DNA from: an uncultured Chlamydiales bacterium
GTDB lineage: Bacteria > Chlamydiota > Chlamydiia > Chlamydiales > FEN-1388
Direction of reading: 5' to 3'
DNA length: 64,000 nucleotides
Assembly: GCA_963826935.1 (NCBI GenBank)
Contig: CAWGYH010000005.1
Span: 388,981-452,980, forward strand
Shown here: piece by piece, positions 7,398 to 19,848 of the stretch
Numbering within the stretch: the stretch's first letter is position 1
How the letters are laid out: the number at the start of each line of letters is the position of its first letter
Notes under the pieces: model-generated
Seen by the model: only the letters and a program-made list of their open reading frames with translations
Database searches by the model: none
Told to the model about the DNA's origin: nothing
Position numbers and translations under genes: made by a program

Positions 7398-9209
7398 ATG
7401 GATGAAAATCGATTTTTGGGTGACTATAGACTGATAAAGCACATAGGCCACGGCTCTATGGGTTCAAGTTTTGTAGCAGAGCAGCGCTTTACTAAGAAAA
7501 AATATGTCCTCAAAGTGCTCCCTGAAGAGCTTTCTCAGGATCGAGCTTTTTTACAGCGCTTTGAAGAAGAGATTGCCATCATATCGCAGCTCGATCATCC
7601 CAATATCGTCAAAATCTACAATGTATCTTTTGCTCAGGGTGTCTACTTTTTAGTCTGCGACTGCATTGTAGACGATATGGGCGAGACTACAAACTTAAGT
7701 GAATTTTTCCGCCAGCGCGACAAAAAGCTTTCGCAGACTGAAGTGCTCTGCATTGCACAGCAGGTAGCATCGGCCCTAGACTATGGCCACACCTGTAAAG
7801 TGGCCCATCGCAACCTCAAGCTTAACAACATCGTTATTGGAGCAAGGCAGCAAGTTCCCGGCCCCCAAATTCAGGTAAAGATTAGCGACTGGGGTCTTTC
7901 CAAAATTATAGGCCTTGGTGCATGCCTCACACGGTCTTTTAAGGGCATGGCAGAAGCGCTTGGCATCGCAGCTGTCATCCAGAACCGCTTTCCTCAGCCG
8001 GCTGTAGACACCGCAAAGCTTATACCGCTCCATCAGTCGCTTATTCAAAACTTTGCCTTTTTGGCTCCCGAGCAAAAAAGGCTCGACATGCAATCAAGCG
8101 ATAGGACAGACACCTATAGCTTCGGCGTGCTTTTATACTATCTCCTTATGGGAGAGTACCCTGAAGGCTCATTTTTATACCCCTCATGCCGCTACGAAGA
8201 GTGCGCTATAGATTGGGATATGCTATTAAAAGAGTGTTTAAACCCAACCCCTCAGCTTCGTCCCTATCTTCTTGAAGAGCTTTTAGCAAAGGCGACAGTA
8301 TCAAAATTTACTGCTGCAGAGGCTCCCCCGCAGCCGCAACCGGCTCCTGTAGAAGAAAAGGTCCTCGTCGCAGCAGGAGTTCAAGAATCTGTTACTCAGA
8401 CAGAGCCGCAAAAACGCTCTCCTTGGGTACGCGAAGAGCGCATTGTCAAAGAATATGCTCCTGAAAAGCGGGAGCTGTCGCATCTGCAGCCGATTCATTC
8501 AGAAATGGTATCGATTCAAGGCGGCTACTACGAGCGCGGAAGCAATGCGGGATGCCGCGATGAGATGCCTCGTCATAAAGTTGAAGTGGCGGCCTTTGCT
8601 ATCGACATCCATCCTGTCACAAACGAGCAGTTTATGCGCTTTTTAGAGGTGATAGGCGGCGAAAAAGATAGCCAAAACCACGACATCATCCGCCTTCGCG
8701 AGTCGCGCATCAAAAAAAGTGCTGGCCGCATCAGCATAGAACCGGGCTACAACAAACACCCTGTCGTCGGCGTTACCTGGTATGGCGCTGTTGCCTATGC
8801 GCAGTGGATAGGAAAGCGCCTTCCAACAGAAGCTGAGTGGGAAGTTGCCTGCACCGGCAAGCTAGAACACCCTACCTACCCAACTGGCGAAGATATAGAA
8901 AAAACCGAAGCCAACTTCTTCAGCTCCGACACCACCGCAGTGATGAGCTATCCCCCAAATGCCTATGGCCTCTACGACATGGCCGGCAACGTCTACGAAT
9001 GGTGCCAAGACTGGTATGAATACAATTTCTACGAATCCTCTGCCCAAGAGCCCGACAACCCCAAGGGCCCACTCCAAGGCGTCTACCGCGTCCTCCGCGG
9101 CGGTTGCTGGAAAAGCCTAAAAGAGGACCTTCGCACTTCAAAGCGTCATCGCAATAATCCCGGAGTGGCCAACGGCACCTACGGTTTTCGCTGCGCAAGC
9201 GACGCCTAA
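7398..9209 (+). CDS. pkn1: Ser/Thr protein kinase fused to a C-terminal FGE-sulfatase (SUMF1-like) domain, Pkn1 architecture
   Basis: Kinase motifs: Gly loop IGHGSMGSSF, Lys in YVLKVL, catalytic loop AHRNLKLNN (Asn where HRD Asp is expected), DWG in place of DFG, and LAPEQ. C-terminal FGE domain: HPVTNEQF, HPVVGVTWYGAVAYAQW, RLPTEAEWE, YGLYDMAGNVYEWCQDWY, RVLRGG.W and YGFRCA. Confidence 0.85.
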   Translation: MDENRFLGDYRLIKHIGHGSMGSSFVAEQRFTKKKYVLKVLPEELSQDRAFLQRFEEEIAIISQLDHPNIVKIYNVSFAQGVYFLVCDCIVDDMGETTNLSEFFRQRDKKLSQTEVLCIAQQVASALDYGHTCKVAHRNLKLNNIVIGARQQVPGPQIQVKISDWGLSKIIGLGACLTRSFKGMAEALGIAAVIQNRFPQPAVDTAKLIPLHQSLIQNFAFLAPEQKRLDMQSSDRTDTYSFGVLLYYLLMGEYPEGSFLYPSCRYEECAIDWDMLLKECLNPTPQLRPYLLEELLAKATVSKFTAAEAPPQPQPAPVEEKVLVAAGVQESVTQTEPQKRSPWVREERIVKEYAPEKRELSHLQPIHSEMVSIQGGYYERGSNAGCRDEMPRHKVEVAAFAIDIHPVTNEQFMRFLEVIGGEKDSQNHDIIRLRESRIKKSAGRISIEPGYNKHPVVGVTWYGAVAYAQWIGKRLPTEAEWEVACTGKLEHPTYPTGEDIEKTEANFFSSDTTAVMSYPPNAYGLYDMAGNVYEWCQDWYEYNFYESSAQEPDNPKGPLQGVYRVLRGGCWKSLKEDLRTSKRHRNNPGVANGTYGFRCASDA

Positions 9210-9211
9210 AA

Positions 9212-9712
9212 AAAGGACATAAAGGACTATGGACCATCGTCCTTTATGAGGCTATGAATGATGCCACGCCCGAGAGGCTGTGAAAAAATACGTTTTCTTC
9301 GGCCGCAGGTCTTTGGAGTGCGGCGATTCTTCGCCGCTTTTGCTTCGGCACACACGTTAATCACAAGATCGCCCAAGTTCACAAAGTACCTCTATCGATT
9401 CTTGTAGATCTGTTTTGTACGCCTTAAGCGATAAGGAAGCAAAGGTGCGTGGTCGAAAATGAAAGCGACAAAAAATTGTCGCACTCCAAAGAGCTGCGCT
9501 CGAAGCTACCTTTTTTCACAGCCTCCGAAGTGGGGTGCTGGACCGTGAAGTCCAGCACCCCACTTCGGGGGTGCATTTTTTGACTTCATGTGGTTCCCGG
9601 AGCACCTCCCTATGGTCGGTGATCCGGGCTAATCGCCACCACACCCTTCGGGCGTGGCATCATTCACAGCTTCATAAAGGACGGTGGTCCATAGTCCTTT
9701 ATGTCCTTCAAA
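9212..9712. repeat. Nested composite of three palindromic element families (outer GGACATAAAGGAC arms, middle tgccacgcccgaRRgg arms, inner P250 copy B at 9276-9523)
   Basis: aaggacataaaggactatggaccatcgtcctttatga at 9214-9250 is mirrored by tcataaaggacggtggtccatagtcctttatgtcctt at ~9675-9711. gatgccacgcccgagagg is mirrored by cacccttcgggcgtggcatc. The P250 core sits between them. Confidence 0.85.
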
Positions 9713-9741
9713 AACCCTAAAAAAAACCTCTTCTTAATCTC

Positions 9742-9770
9742 TTGCTAAACTCCCCAAAATTTGGTATAAT
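9742..9770 (+). promoter_or_regulatory. Sigma-70-like promoter for the DUF721-gyrB-gyrA-tmk cluster
   Basis: TTGCTA (9742-9747), a 17-nt spacer, then an extended -10 TGgTATAAT (9762-9770). Confidence 0.5.
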
Positions 9771-9779
9771 TTTGTTAAT

Positions 9780-12642
<2,863 letters not shown>

Positions 12643-12653
12643 CGGAGACCTGT

Positions 12654-15194
12654 ATGACTACTTCCTATACTGAAGACGAAATGATTAGTCACTCGTAACG
12701 TCGAAGAAGAGTGAAGGAAAGCTACCTGCGCTATTCGATGTCGGTCATCATCTCTCGCGCACTTCCCGATGTGCGCGATGGGCTAAAGCCGTCCCAGCGA
12801 CGCATTCTTTTTGCGATGCGGCAGCTGAACCTTGGCCCTGGCGGCAAAACACCGTAAGTGCGCCAAAATTTCCGGCGATACGTCCGGTGATTACCACCCG
12901 CACGGCGAGATGGTGATCTACCCCACGCTTGTGCGTATGGCTCAAGACTGGGCGATGCGCTATACGCTTGTCGATGGCCAAGGAAACTTTGGCTCTATTG
13001 ACGGCGACCCACCAGCTGCTATGCGTTATACTGAAGCGCGCCTACCCATGCCTGCCATGCAGCTGATGGAAGATCTCGACAAAGAACTGTCGATATACGT
13101 TCCCAACTATGACGAGACAAAAAAAGAGCCTACGGTATTTCCTGCAAAATTCCCAAACCTGCTCTGCAATGGCTCCTCAGGTATTGCTGTCGGCATGGCG
13201 ACAAACATCCCTCCGCACAACTTCAACGAACTTATTAAAGCAACGCATGCTTCTCCTGGATGACCCCGCTCACTACTGTCGACGAGATCATGAAAGTGAT
13301 GCCGGGCCCTGACTTTCCGACAGGCGGCATCATCTGCGGCTATCGCGGCATCAAAGAGGCCTTTCACACAGGCCGGGGCAAGCTTACCCTTCGCGGCGTA
13401 ATACATGTAGAAGAGATTGATAATAGCGACCGCCAGCGTCTTGTGATTACGAGATTCCCTATAACGTCAACAAGGCATCGCTTATCGAGCAAATCGCCGA
13501 ACTGCATCCAGGAGAAGGTAATCACAGGCATATCTGACCTTCGCGACGAATCTGACAAAGATGGCTTGCGGATTGTCGTCGAGCTGAAGAAAGGTGAGAT
13601 CCCAGAAGTCATCATCAACCAGCTCTATAAGCATTGCGACCTTGAAGTGACCTTTGGCTGCAACATGCTGGCCCTTGACAAGGGCATGCCGCGCATGATG
13701 AACATCAAGCAGATGATCGTTGCCTGGATCGAGCACCGTATCGAGGTGATCCGCCGCCGTACGCGCTTTGAGCTGGCTAAAGCTGAAGCTCGCGCACACA
13801 TTCTTGAAGGCTACTTAAAGGCCATCGACCACCTCGAAGAGGTGGTTCGCCTCATCCGCGCAAGCTCATCTCGCGATGAAGCCAAAACCGGTCTTATGCA
13901 GACGTTCGAGTTTACCGAGCGCCAGGCAACTGCTATCCTAGACCTGCGCCTCTACCAACTTACCGGCCTTGAGCGCGACAAGATCACGAACGAATATAAC
14001 GCTCTTCTTGAAAAGATCCGCTACTATAAGGAGATCTTGGGCTCCGAGCAGAAGGTAAAAGACCTTATCAAAGAAGAACTTGTTGAAATTCAAAGATTTA
14101 ACAAGTCAGAGCGCAGAACCCAGATCATCGCAGCCGAAGCTGATATGGATATGGAAGATCTCATCCCGAACGAAAAAGTGGTGATTACGATCTCAAATGA
14201 CGACTACATCAAGCGCATGAGCACAAACCTCTTCCGCGAACAGCGAAGAGGCGGACAGGGGATTGCCGGCGTCGAGCTGAAAAAGCAAGATGACGCCATC
14301 AAGAGCGTCCACGTCGCATCAACGCATGACTATTTACTTGTCTTTACATCGCTTGGAAGGCTCTACTGGCTCAAAGTGTGGCAGATTCCGGATACGGGCA
14401 GAAGATCAAAGGGTAAACCCCTCATCAACCTGCTTGAAGATTTAAAACCGGGTGAAAAGATTGCGACGATCGTCCAGGTGTCAGAGTTTAGGCCGGATGT
14501 CTGCCTCTTCCTCTCTACTAAGCAGGGCGTGGTGAAAAAGATTTCCTTAGATGAGTTTTCAAACCCTCGCCGCAAGGGAATCATCGCCCTATCTATCGAC
14601 GAAGGGGACGAGCTTATCGCTGCCCGCCATGTGATGGCAGAGCAGGAGGTAATGCTCTTTACGAAAAACGGCATGGCAGTGCGCTTTGACGAAGCAGAAG
14701 TGCGCGCTATGGGCCGCACAGCACGCGGCGTTCGCGGCGTAACGCTTCGCGGCGATAATGACCGCGTCGTGGGCTGCGAAGTTGTTACACCAACTGACGT
14801 TATCTTAGTTGTATGCGAAAATGGCTTTGGCAAAAAGTCGCAGGTAGATGAGTTTAGAAAGTCGCACCGCGGCGGCGTGGGCGTTCGCTCCATAGTCACA
14901 AGCGACCGTAACGGCAACGTAGCCGGCGCACTTGCTGTGACCGACGCTGATGCTCTCCTTATGGTATCACAAGGCGGCCAGACGATCCGCATACGCCTAA
15001 GCGACGTGCGCATAATGGGCAGAAACACCCAGGGCGTTCGCCTAGCCAACCTGAAAGAGGACACGCTTGTTGCCATCCAAAAAATAGCTCGCATCGAAGG
15101 CGAAGAGGCTGTTGAAGCGCAAAATGGCGAGGATGTGCTGGCAGTGCCTGAAGCAGAACTTGAATCTGAATCTGTTAACGAGTCGGAAGAATGA
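12654..15194 (+). pseudogene. gyrA: DNA gyrase subunit A; the first ~850 nt carry about seven frame changes and the remaining ~560 codons are intact
   Basis: From ATG 12654, the motifs [56 protein letters not shown] (catalytic Tyr), [18 protein letters not shown] and PGPDFPTGG lie in different frames. From ~13505 a single ORF runs to 15194, with beta-pinwheel repeats and an acidic tail. Confidence 0.9.
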
Positions 15195-15817
15195 AAAAGG
15201 GACTCTTTGTAACCTTTGAAGGCGGCGAGGGTGCCGGTAAAAGCACCCTGGCCTGCCGTCTTCGCGATGCCTTAAAAGCTGACGGCTTTGAGGTGGTCTT
15301 TACCCGCGAGCCCGGCGGCACATCCTTTGGCGAAGAGCTAAGAAAGATGCTTTTACATTATAAAGGCGAAGTGGCAAGCCGTGCCGAGCTCTTTCTTTTT
15401 CTTTCTGCTCGCATCCAGCATATCGAAGAGGTGATAAAGCCGGCCCTAAGCAGGGGAGCGATAGTGCTGTGCGATCGCTTTACCGATTCAACTATAGCCT
15501 ATCAAGGCGAAGCGCGCGGCCTTGGCGTCGACTACGTAGCCTCCTGCTCAAGCCTTGCCCTTGGCGGCTTTGAACCGGATCTCACCTTTTATGTCGACAT
15601 TGACCCAAAGGCTGGCCTTCTTCGCACGCTCAAACGCCAATCAAACGAAAAATTTGACCGTTTAGAAAACGAGTCGCTCCAGTTCCACGAAAAGGTGCGC
15701 CGCGGCTTCCAAAAGCAAGCTGACGCTCATTCCAATCGCATTATCACGCTAGACGGCACCCAAACCCCCGAGGTCCTTTTCCAGCAGGCCTATCCCACCA
15801 TTAAAAATAAAATATAA
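15191..15817 (+). CDS. tmk: Thymidylate kinase
   Basis: P-loop FVTFEGGEGAGKST, TREPGGT and DRF.DST.AYQG motifs. A 4-nt ATGA overlap joins it to the gyrA stop. Confidence 0.92.
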   Translation: MKKGLFVTFEGGEGAGKSTLACRLRDALKADGFEVVFTREPGGTSFGEELRKMLLHYKGEVASRAELFLFLSARIQHIEEVIKPALSRGAIVLCDRFTDSTIAYQGEARGLGVDYVASCSSLALGGFEPDLTFYVDIDPKAGLLRTLKRQSNEKFDRLENESLQFHEKVRRGFQKQADAHSNRIITLDGTQTPEVLFQQAYPTIKNKI

Positions 15818-15830
15818 ATAGGATTCTTAT

Positions 15831-16238
15831 ATGAGCTATATAAGCGATTATTTAAACCCTTTGAGCTATCTGCCATGTGATGCAACTTTCATCGCTGAAG
15901 GGCTCACTATTATGAAAATGGGCTTAGATGCTACTGCAACAACCGATCTCGTACGGGTCGCTGCGTTTGTCACCGCAGGCGCATTCATCGGGAGCTGGAG
16001 CTTCACAACAGCTGCCGCCTGCTTTGCAGATTCAAAAAAACGAGCCGCCGGCTACTGTGCAATAGGCTTTGCAGGCCTAACTTTTTCTGTAGTAACACTA
16101 GACAGAGCCTGTGAATTTTTCCTTACTCGCGGCTGTATTTCAATCATTAACAAATATGGCAGCTCCCTTACCCGCACCTCGCCATGTCATCCCACACTTT
16201 ACCGAATCGTGAATGCTGCCTGCGGTCAGTGTACCTGA
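15831..16238 (+). CDS. Small Inc-like membrane protein
   Basis: A bilobed hydrophobic domain: VRVAAFVTAGAFIGSWSFTTAAACF, loop ADSKKR, then AAGYCAIGFAGLTFSVVTL. Confidence 0.5.
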   Translation: MSYISDYLNPLSYLPCDATFIAEGLTIMKMGLDATATTDLVRVAAFVTAGAFIGSWSFTTAAACFADSKKRAAGYCAIGFAGLTFSVVTLDRACEFFLTRGCISIINKYGSSLTRTSPCHPTLYRIVNAACGQCT

Positions 16239-16264
16239 TAATATTTCTTTTAATTTGAGCTATC

Positions 16265-17215
16265 AAATAGCATTTTTCAGTTCCGAAGAGGCTGTGAAAA
16301 ATGCCACGCCCGAAGGGTGTGGTGGCAAATAGCCCAGGCCGCCGAAGGCGTCCTGGGTATCTAGGCACAATAAAAATGCACGCCCGAGAGGCTGTGAAAA
16401 AATACGTTTTCTTCGGCCGCAGGTCTTTGGAGTGCGGCGATTCTTCGCCGCTTTTGCTTCGGCATACACGTTAATCACAAGATCGCCCAAGTTCACAAAG
16501 CACCTCTATCGATTCTTGTAGATCTGTTTTGTACGCCTTAAGCGATAAGGAAGCAAAGGTGCGTGGTCGAAAATGAAAGCGACAAAAAATTGTCGCACTC
16601 CAAAGAGCTGCGCTCGAAGCTACATTTTTTCACAGCCTCCGAAGGGTGTGCTGGAATCGATTGCTTTTCCAGCACACCCTTCGGGCGTGCATTTTTTACA
16701 AATATTAGGGCCCCAGAGCACCTCCCTCGGGTCGGTGATCTGGACTAATCGCCACCACACCCTTCGGGCGTGGCATTTTTCACAGCTCCTCCGGAACCAA
16801 TGGTGTCAACTTAAGAAAATTTATATTAGTTCTGAAAAGGTTGTGAAATATCATCTCTCCCTTCGGGAGAGAACTCGAGTTTGGACATTTGAAGGTTCGA
16901 CGGACACCGTTCTTGTATGCTTAACGTACATATTGGTGATCCATTCGGTCTCGGTCTCGGTCACGGTCTCCAGTGTACGAAGTATGCTTAGTTAAAGGCG
17001 AAGCTTCGCCTGCCTAGCGTCTACAGTCGAGACCGAGACCGTGACCGAGACCGAGACCGAGACCGAACGGTTTACCTCCAAGATGTTATGCGCAAGCTAC
17101 AAATGTCCAAACTCGAGCTCTCTCCCTTCGGGAGAGAAAAAACAGCGGCCAGAGCTGCTATAAAATTCTTTAAGTTGACACCATTGCCTCCGGAACTGAT
17201 GGCGCGGTCATAGCC
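16265..17215. repeat. ~1-kb intergenic block made entirely of nested palindromic elements (includes P250 copy C at 16390-16637 and a ~420-bp palindrome at ~16790-17215 with (GGTCTC)n/(GAGACC)n arms)
   Basis: gtgaaaaatgccacgcccgaagggtgtggtggc...ctaatcgccaccacacccttcgggcgtggcatttttcac brackets gcacgcccgagagg-P250-...cacccttcgggcgtgc. Then ctccggaaccaatggtgtcaacttaagaaaat is mirrored by attctttaagttgacaccattgcctccggaac, with inner pairs tctctcccttcgggagaga...gtttggacatttg / caaatgtccaaac...tctctcccttcgggagaga and ggtctcggtctcggtcacggtctc / gagaccgagaccgtgaccgagacc. Confidence 0.9.
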
Positions 17216-17297
17216 CTACGATGCTGTTGAAAATCAATCACTCTTCACAATAAAGCTTTTGCCTGATAGAGTGGCAATATCAAGTGAGGAGCATCCG

Positions 17298-18035
17298 ATG
17301 CGTATTGTAGAGCTGGTTTCAAAGGGCTTTTGGGTGGCAAAAAATAGCCCCTATCTCGTTCTTATGCAGTTTGTTTTTCTGTTTATTTCTAACATCGTGA
17401 TGTTTGTCTTTGCCCAGCAAGAGGAGAGCTCTGCCCCAAGCCTTACCATACAGGTGGCTCAGGGGATTGCCTTTTGGCTGCTGGCGGCTTTTATTCAGGC
17501 GGGAACTATCTTCTCAATAAGCTGCTTGATAAAAAATGACCAAAATTTAATGGCCAATTTTTTCCAAGGTGCCAAAAATCACTTTGCAAGCCTTCTCTGG
17601 GTTGGCTCAATCCTTGCTGTGATATATCTAGTAAGCGCCTTTGTAGCGATGTCGGTTACCTTCTTTTCTGCTATCATCAGCCCCTTCTTGTCTATGGTGA
17701 TGCTCCTCATTCTAGCGCCTCTTGGCATCTACTTTTTTGCCCCAATGCTGGTATTTGGCCCCTACGCGGTTGTCCTAAATAATGCCGGCTGGCTTGAGGC
17801 CATAAAAACGAGTCTCACCATAGCAAAGCGCCACTTTTGGACATTCCTTGCGACTTTGGCCCTCTTTGTGGGGGTTTGGTTCGGCCTTTCAGCCCTTCTT
17901 AAACTTGCTGCATCGCAAACAGTTTCAAGCTTTCTAGACAACCTGCTCTCTGCCTACCTCTTTATCGCGGCAACAGGTGCCTTTCTCAGCTTTTTCCTTG
18001 CTGAATCCGAAAAAAATATTGATAGCAGGGTGTGA
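17298..18035 (+). CDS. Polytopic membrane protein, function unknown
   Basis: ATG 17298 is preceded by gaggag. About 6 hydrophobic segments are present. The longer track ORF (17259) starts at TTG without an RBS. Confidence 0.6.
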   Translation: MRIVELVSKGFWVAKNSPYLVLMQFVFLFISNIVMFVFAQQEESSAPSLTIQVAQGIAFWLLAAFIQAGTIFSISCLIKNDQNLMANFFQGAKNHFASLLWVGSILAVIYLVSAFVAMSVTFFSAIISPFLSMVMLLILAPLGIYFFAPMLVFGPYAVVLNNAGWLEAIKTSLTIAKRHFWTFLATLALFVGVWFGLSALLKLAASQTVSSFLDNLLSAYLFIAATGAFLSFFLAESEKNIDSRV

Positions 18036-18037
18036 CC

Positions 18038-19804
18038 TCACTTTGCTGGAATAAGCTCCCGTAAAAAATCGGCAAAGTCTAATTCAGACTTCGCGATAAA
18101 CTCCAGGTAGAGGCGTGCATCTGGAATGCAAAACGGCTTTAGCCGTGCAAAGCGTGCAAGGATTGCATACATAACTGTTCTTGCCAGCAATAAGTTATCT
18201 CCCTCAAATGGCCATATTTCAAATATCTTTTTATGGGCAAAAGCGGCGATTAGCACAGGATCTGTTTTTGTTTCAATAAATGCCCGCAGTTTTTCTACAA
18301 ATAGCTTCATTTCTCCTTTAATTTTATCGGGCGCTACGTGATGAAAAGGGGTCTTCACAGTACTTGGCATATTTGAATACCTTTCAGAAGTACGATATAC
18401 GCTCCCATCTACAAGTTTCTGTTGCAGCTCTTCAATTCTTCCAACTGTTTTTTGAGTGTCTTGTATAAATGCATAGTCGCTATATATATATTTTACTTCA
18501 GTAAAGTTGATGGCCGTTTGATACCTTTTGAATAGTTCAGGATCGTGACTACGTATTATATCGTTATATTCTTTATCTCCCACCATCATACAACTTTCTG
18601 CCTCAGGCAGGAGGGAGACTACCGGTTCGTCGAGGAGCGATAGTTTATTCGTTTCTACCCAGGGCATCTGTTCATCTTGCAGGTAGTTCACAAACATCTT
18701 ATAGTCTTTGGCGGCCACTGCTGTATATGTAACATCATAATGTCTCGTATTAGAGTGAAACACTACAGGATCGTATCCACCAAAGCGAACGAGTGCTGCA
18801 TTCATCAAAAGAGCTGCAAGGTGGGTGGATATTTCTTGAAATGGGGAGATGCGCGCAATCTCCGTATGCAGCAAGCTTGCTATCTCTACGGCATCTCGTC
18901 CCTCCCTAACAAACTGAATAAACAACTCGGCAAGCAACTCCATTTCTTGGGCTATATTTTCGGAACGCACAAGACAGATAAAGCCCTGTTGATTCAGCTC
19001 TTTTTGATCCTTATCAAAATCCCCTCTTTCATAGGTATGGACTCCCGGCTTAATCCTTTTGGAAGCTAGGGATGGGGCGCTCACCTTTTCTGCTCCAGGC
19101 AAGTGAATACAGGTCTCGGATTTTCGATACATTTTTTCCAACGCTTCCGTGTTACCAATAGTTCCATGTGCAAGTATGTGAGAAACTTGATAAACAAATT
19201 CAATAAATGAACGTTTATTCTCCGGAATTTTGGCTAAAAACTCCTTTTCAACATATTGAAGAGCTGCCTTATAATTATCTTGATAATCACGACTTACAAG
19301 GATTCGTACTGCTCCCTCATTTTTATTGCTATTTTTATATGGTATGATACGTCCTATTGACGTTGGTTTTGTTGTTTCGTCAACAAATTTTAGGTCTTTC
19401 ATTGTTTTTGTTGTCTGCTTTACAACATCTGCACAATGATCTTTTGAAATGACTGGCGTGCCCTCAAGTGAACAGGCGCCGTCAGGCACATGCCTATACC
19501 CGGGATCGACAAATTGATACAAGTATTTTCCAAATAGGGTGTAGGCCGGGGCTGTGATATTTCCAACTGCCCGAATTACAGCAAAAACAGCATTTTGGGA
19601 GCTGTTCTGCGAGCTATTTTCGACTGCACTACCCGGCCAGGCCCCGCCTGCTTTTGAAAAAAAAGCGCCCCCAAATCCCAAAAGAGACGTTAGGCCCACT
19701 TTTGCAAATGAAGTAAAAACTCGTCCTGATAGTAAAGAGCAATTTCTTGGTTTTGGAATTGCTTGTGAATGTATTGTTCGATCTGTAATTTGTGTGACAG
19801 TCAT
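18038..19804 (-). CDS. Large protein with two internal repeats carrying degenerate Fic-like motifs (catalytic His absent)
   Basis: QEMELLAELFIQFVREGRDAVEIASLLHTEIARISPFQEISTHLAALLMNAALVRFGGYDPV and GEMKLFVEKLRAFIETKTDPVLIAAFAHKKIFEIWPFEGDNLLLARTVMYAILARFARLKP align to each other. Both also align to the Fic pattern H..i..IHPF.DGNGR..R.l.n..L...G.P, with the His replaced by Ser and Trp respectively. Confidence 0.5.
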   Translation of the reverse strand: MTVTQITDRTIHSQAIPKPRNCSLLSGRVFTSFAKVGLTSLLGFGGAFFSKAGGAWPGSAVENSSQNSSQNAVFAVIRAVGNITAPAYTLFGKYLYQFVDPGYRHVPDGACSLEGTPVISKDHCADVVKQTTKTMKDLKFVDETTKPTSIGRIIPYKNSNKNEGAVRILVSRDYQDNYKAALQYVEKEFLAKIPENKRSFIEFVYQVSHILAHGTIGNTEALEKMYRKSETCIHLPGAEKVSAPSLASKRIKPGVHTYERGDFDKDQKELNQQGFICLVRSENIAQEMELLAELFIQFVREGRDAVEIASLLHTEIARISPFQEISTHLAALLMNAALVRFGGYDPVVFHSNTRHYDVTYTAVAAKDYKMFVNYLQDEQMPWVETNKLSLLDEPVVSLLPEAESCMMVGDKEYNDIIRSHDPELFKRYQTAINFTEVKYIYSDYAFIQDTQKTVGRIEELQQKLVDGSVYRTSERYSNMPSTVKTPFHHVAPDKIKGEMKLFVEKLRAFIETKTDPVLIAAFAHKKIFEIWPFEGDNLLLARTVMYAILARFARLKPFCIPDARLYLEFIAKSELDFADFLRELIPAK

Positions 19805-19848
19805 ATTTCCTTCTATTTAAGCTGAGAGTATTTACCATAACTCAGATT

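Noticed and set aside
14363-15094. Long antisense ORFs inside gyrA (14363-15094) and inside rhs1/rhs2 (for example 50638-50967, 52672-53010, 62400-62741), pkn1 (8920-9237) and yidC
   Set aside because: They lie opposite strongly supported genes, have biased low-complexity composition (Arg/Ser/Pro-rich) and show no start context. These are typical shadow ORFs.
16925-17085. (GGTCTC)n / (GAGACC)n hexamer tracts and other regularly spaced hairpins, considered as a possible CRISPR array
   Set aside because: There is no alternation of a constant ~25-40-nt repeat with unique spacers. The tracts are simply the two arms of one palindrome, and no cas genes are present.
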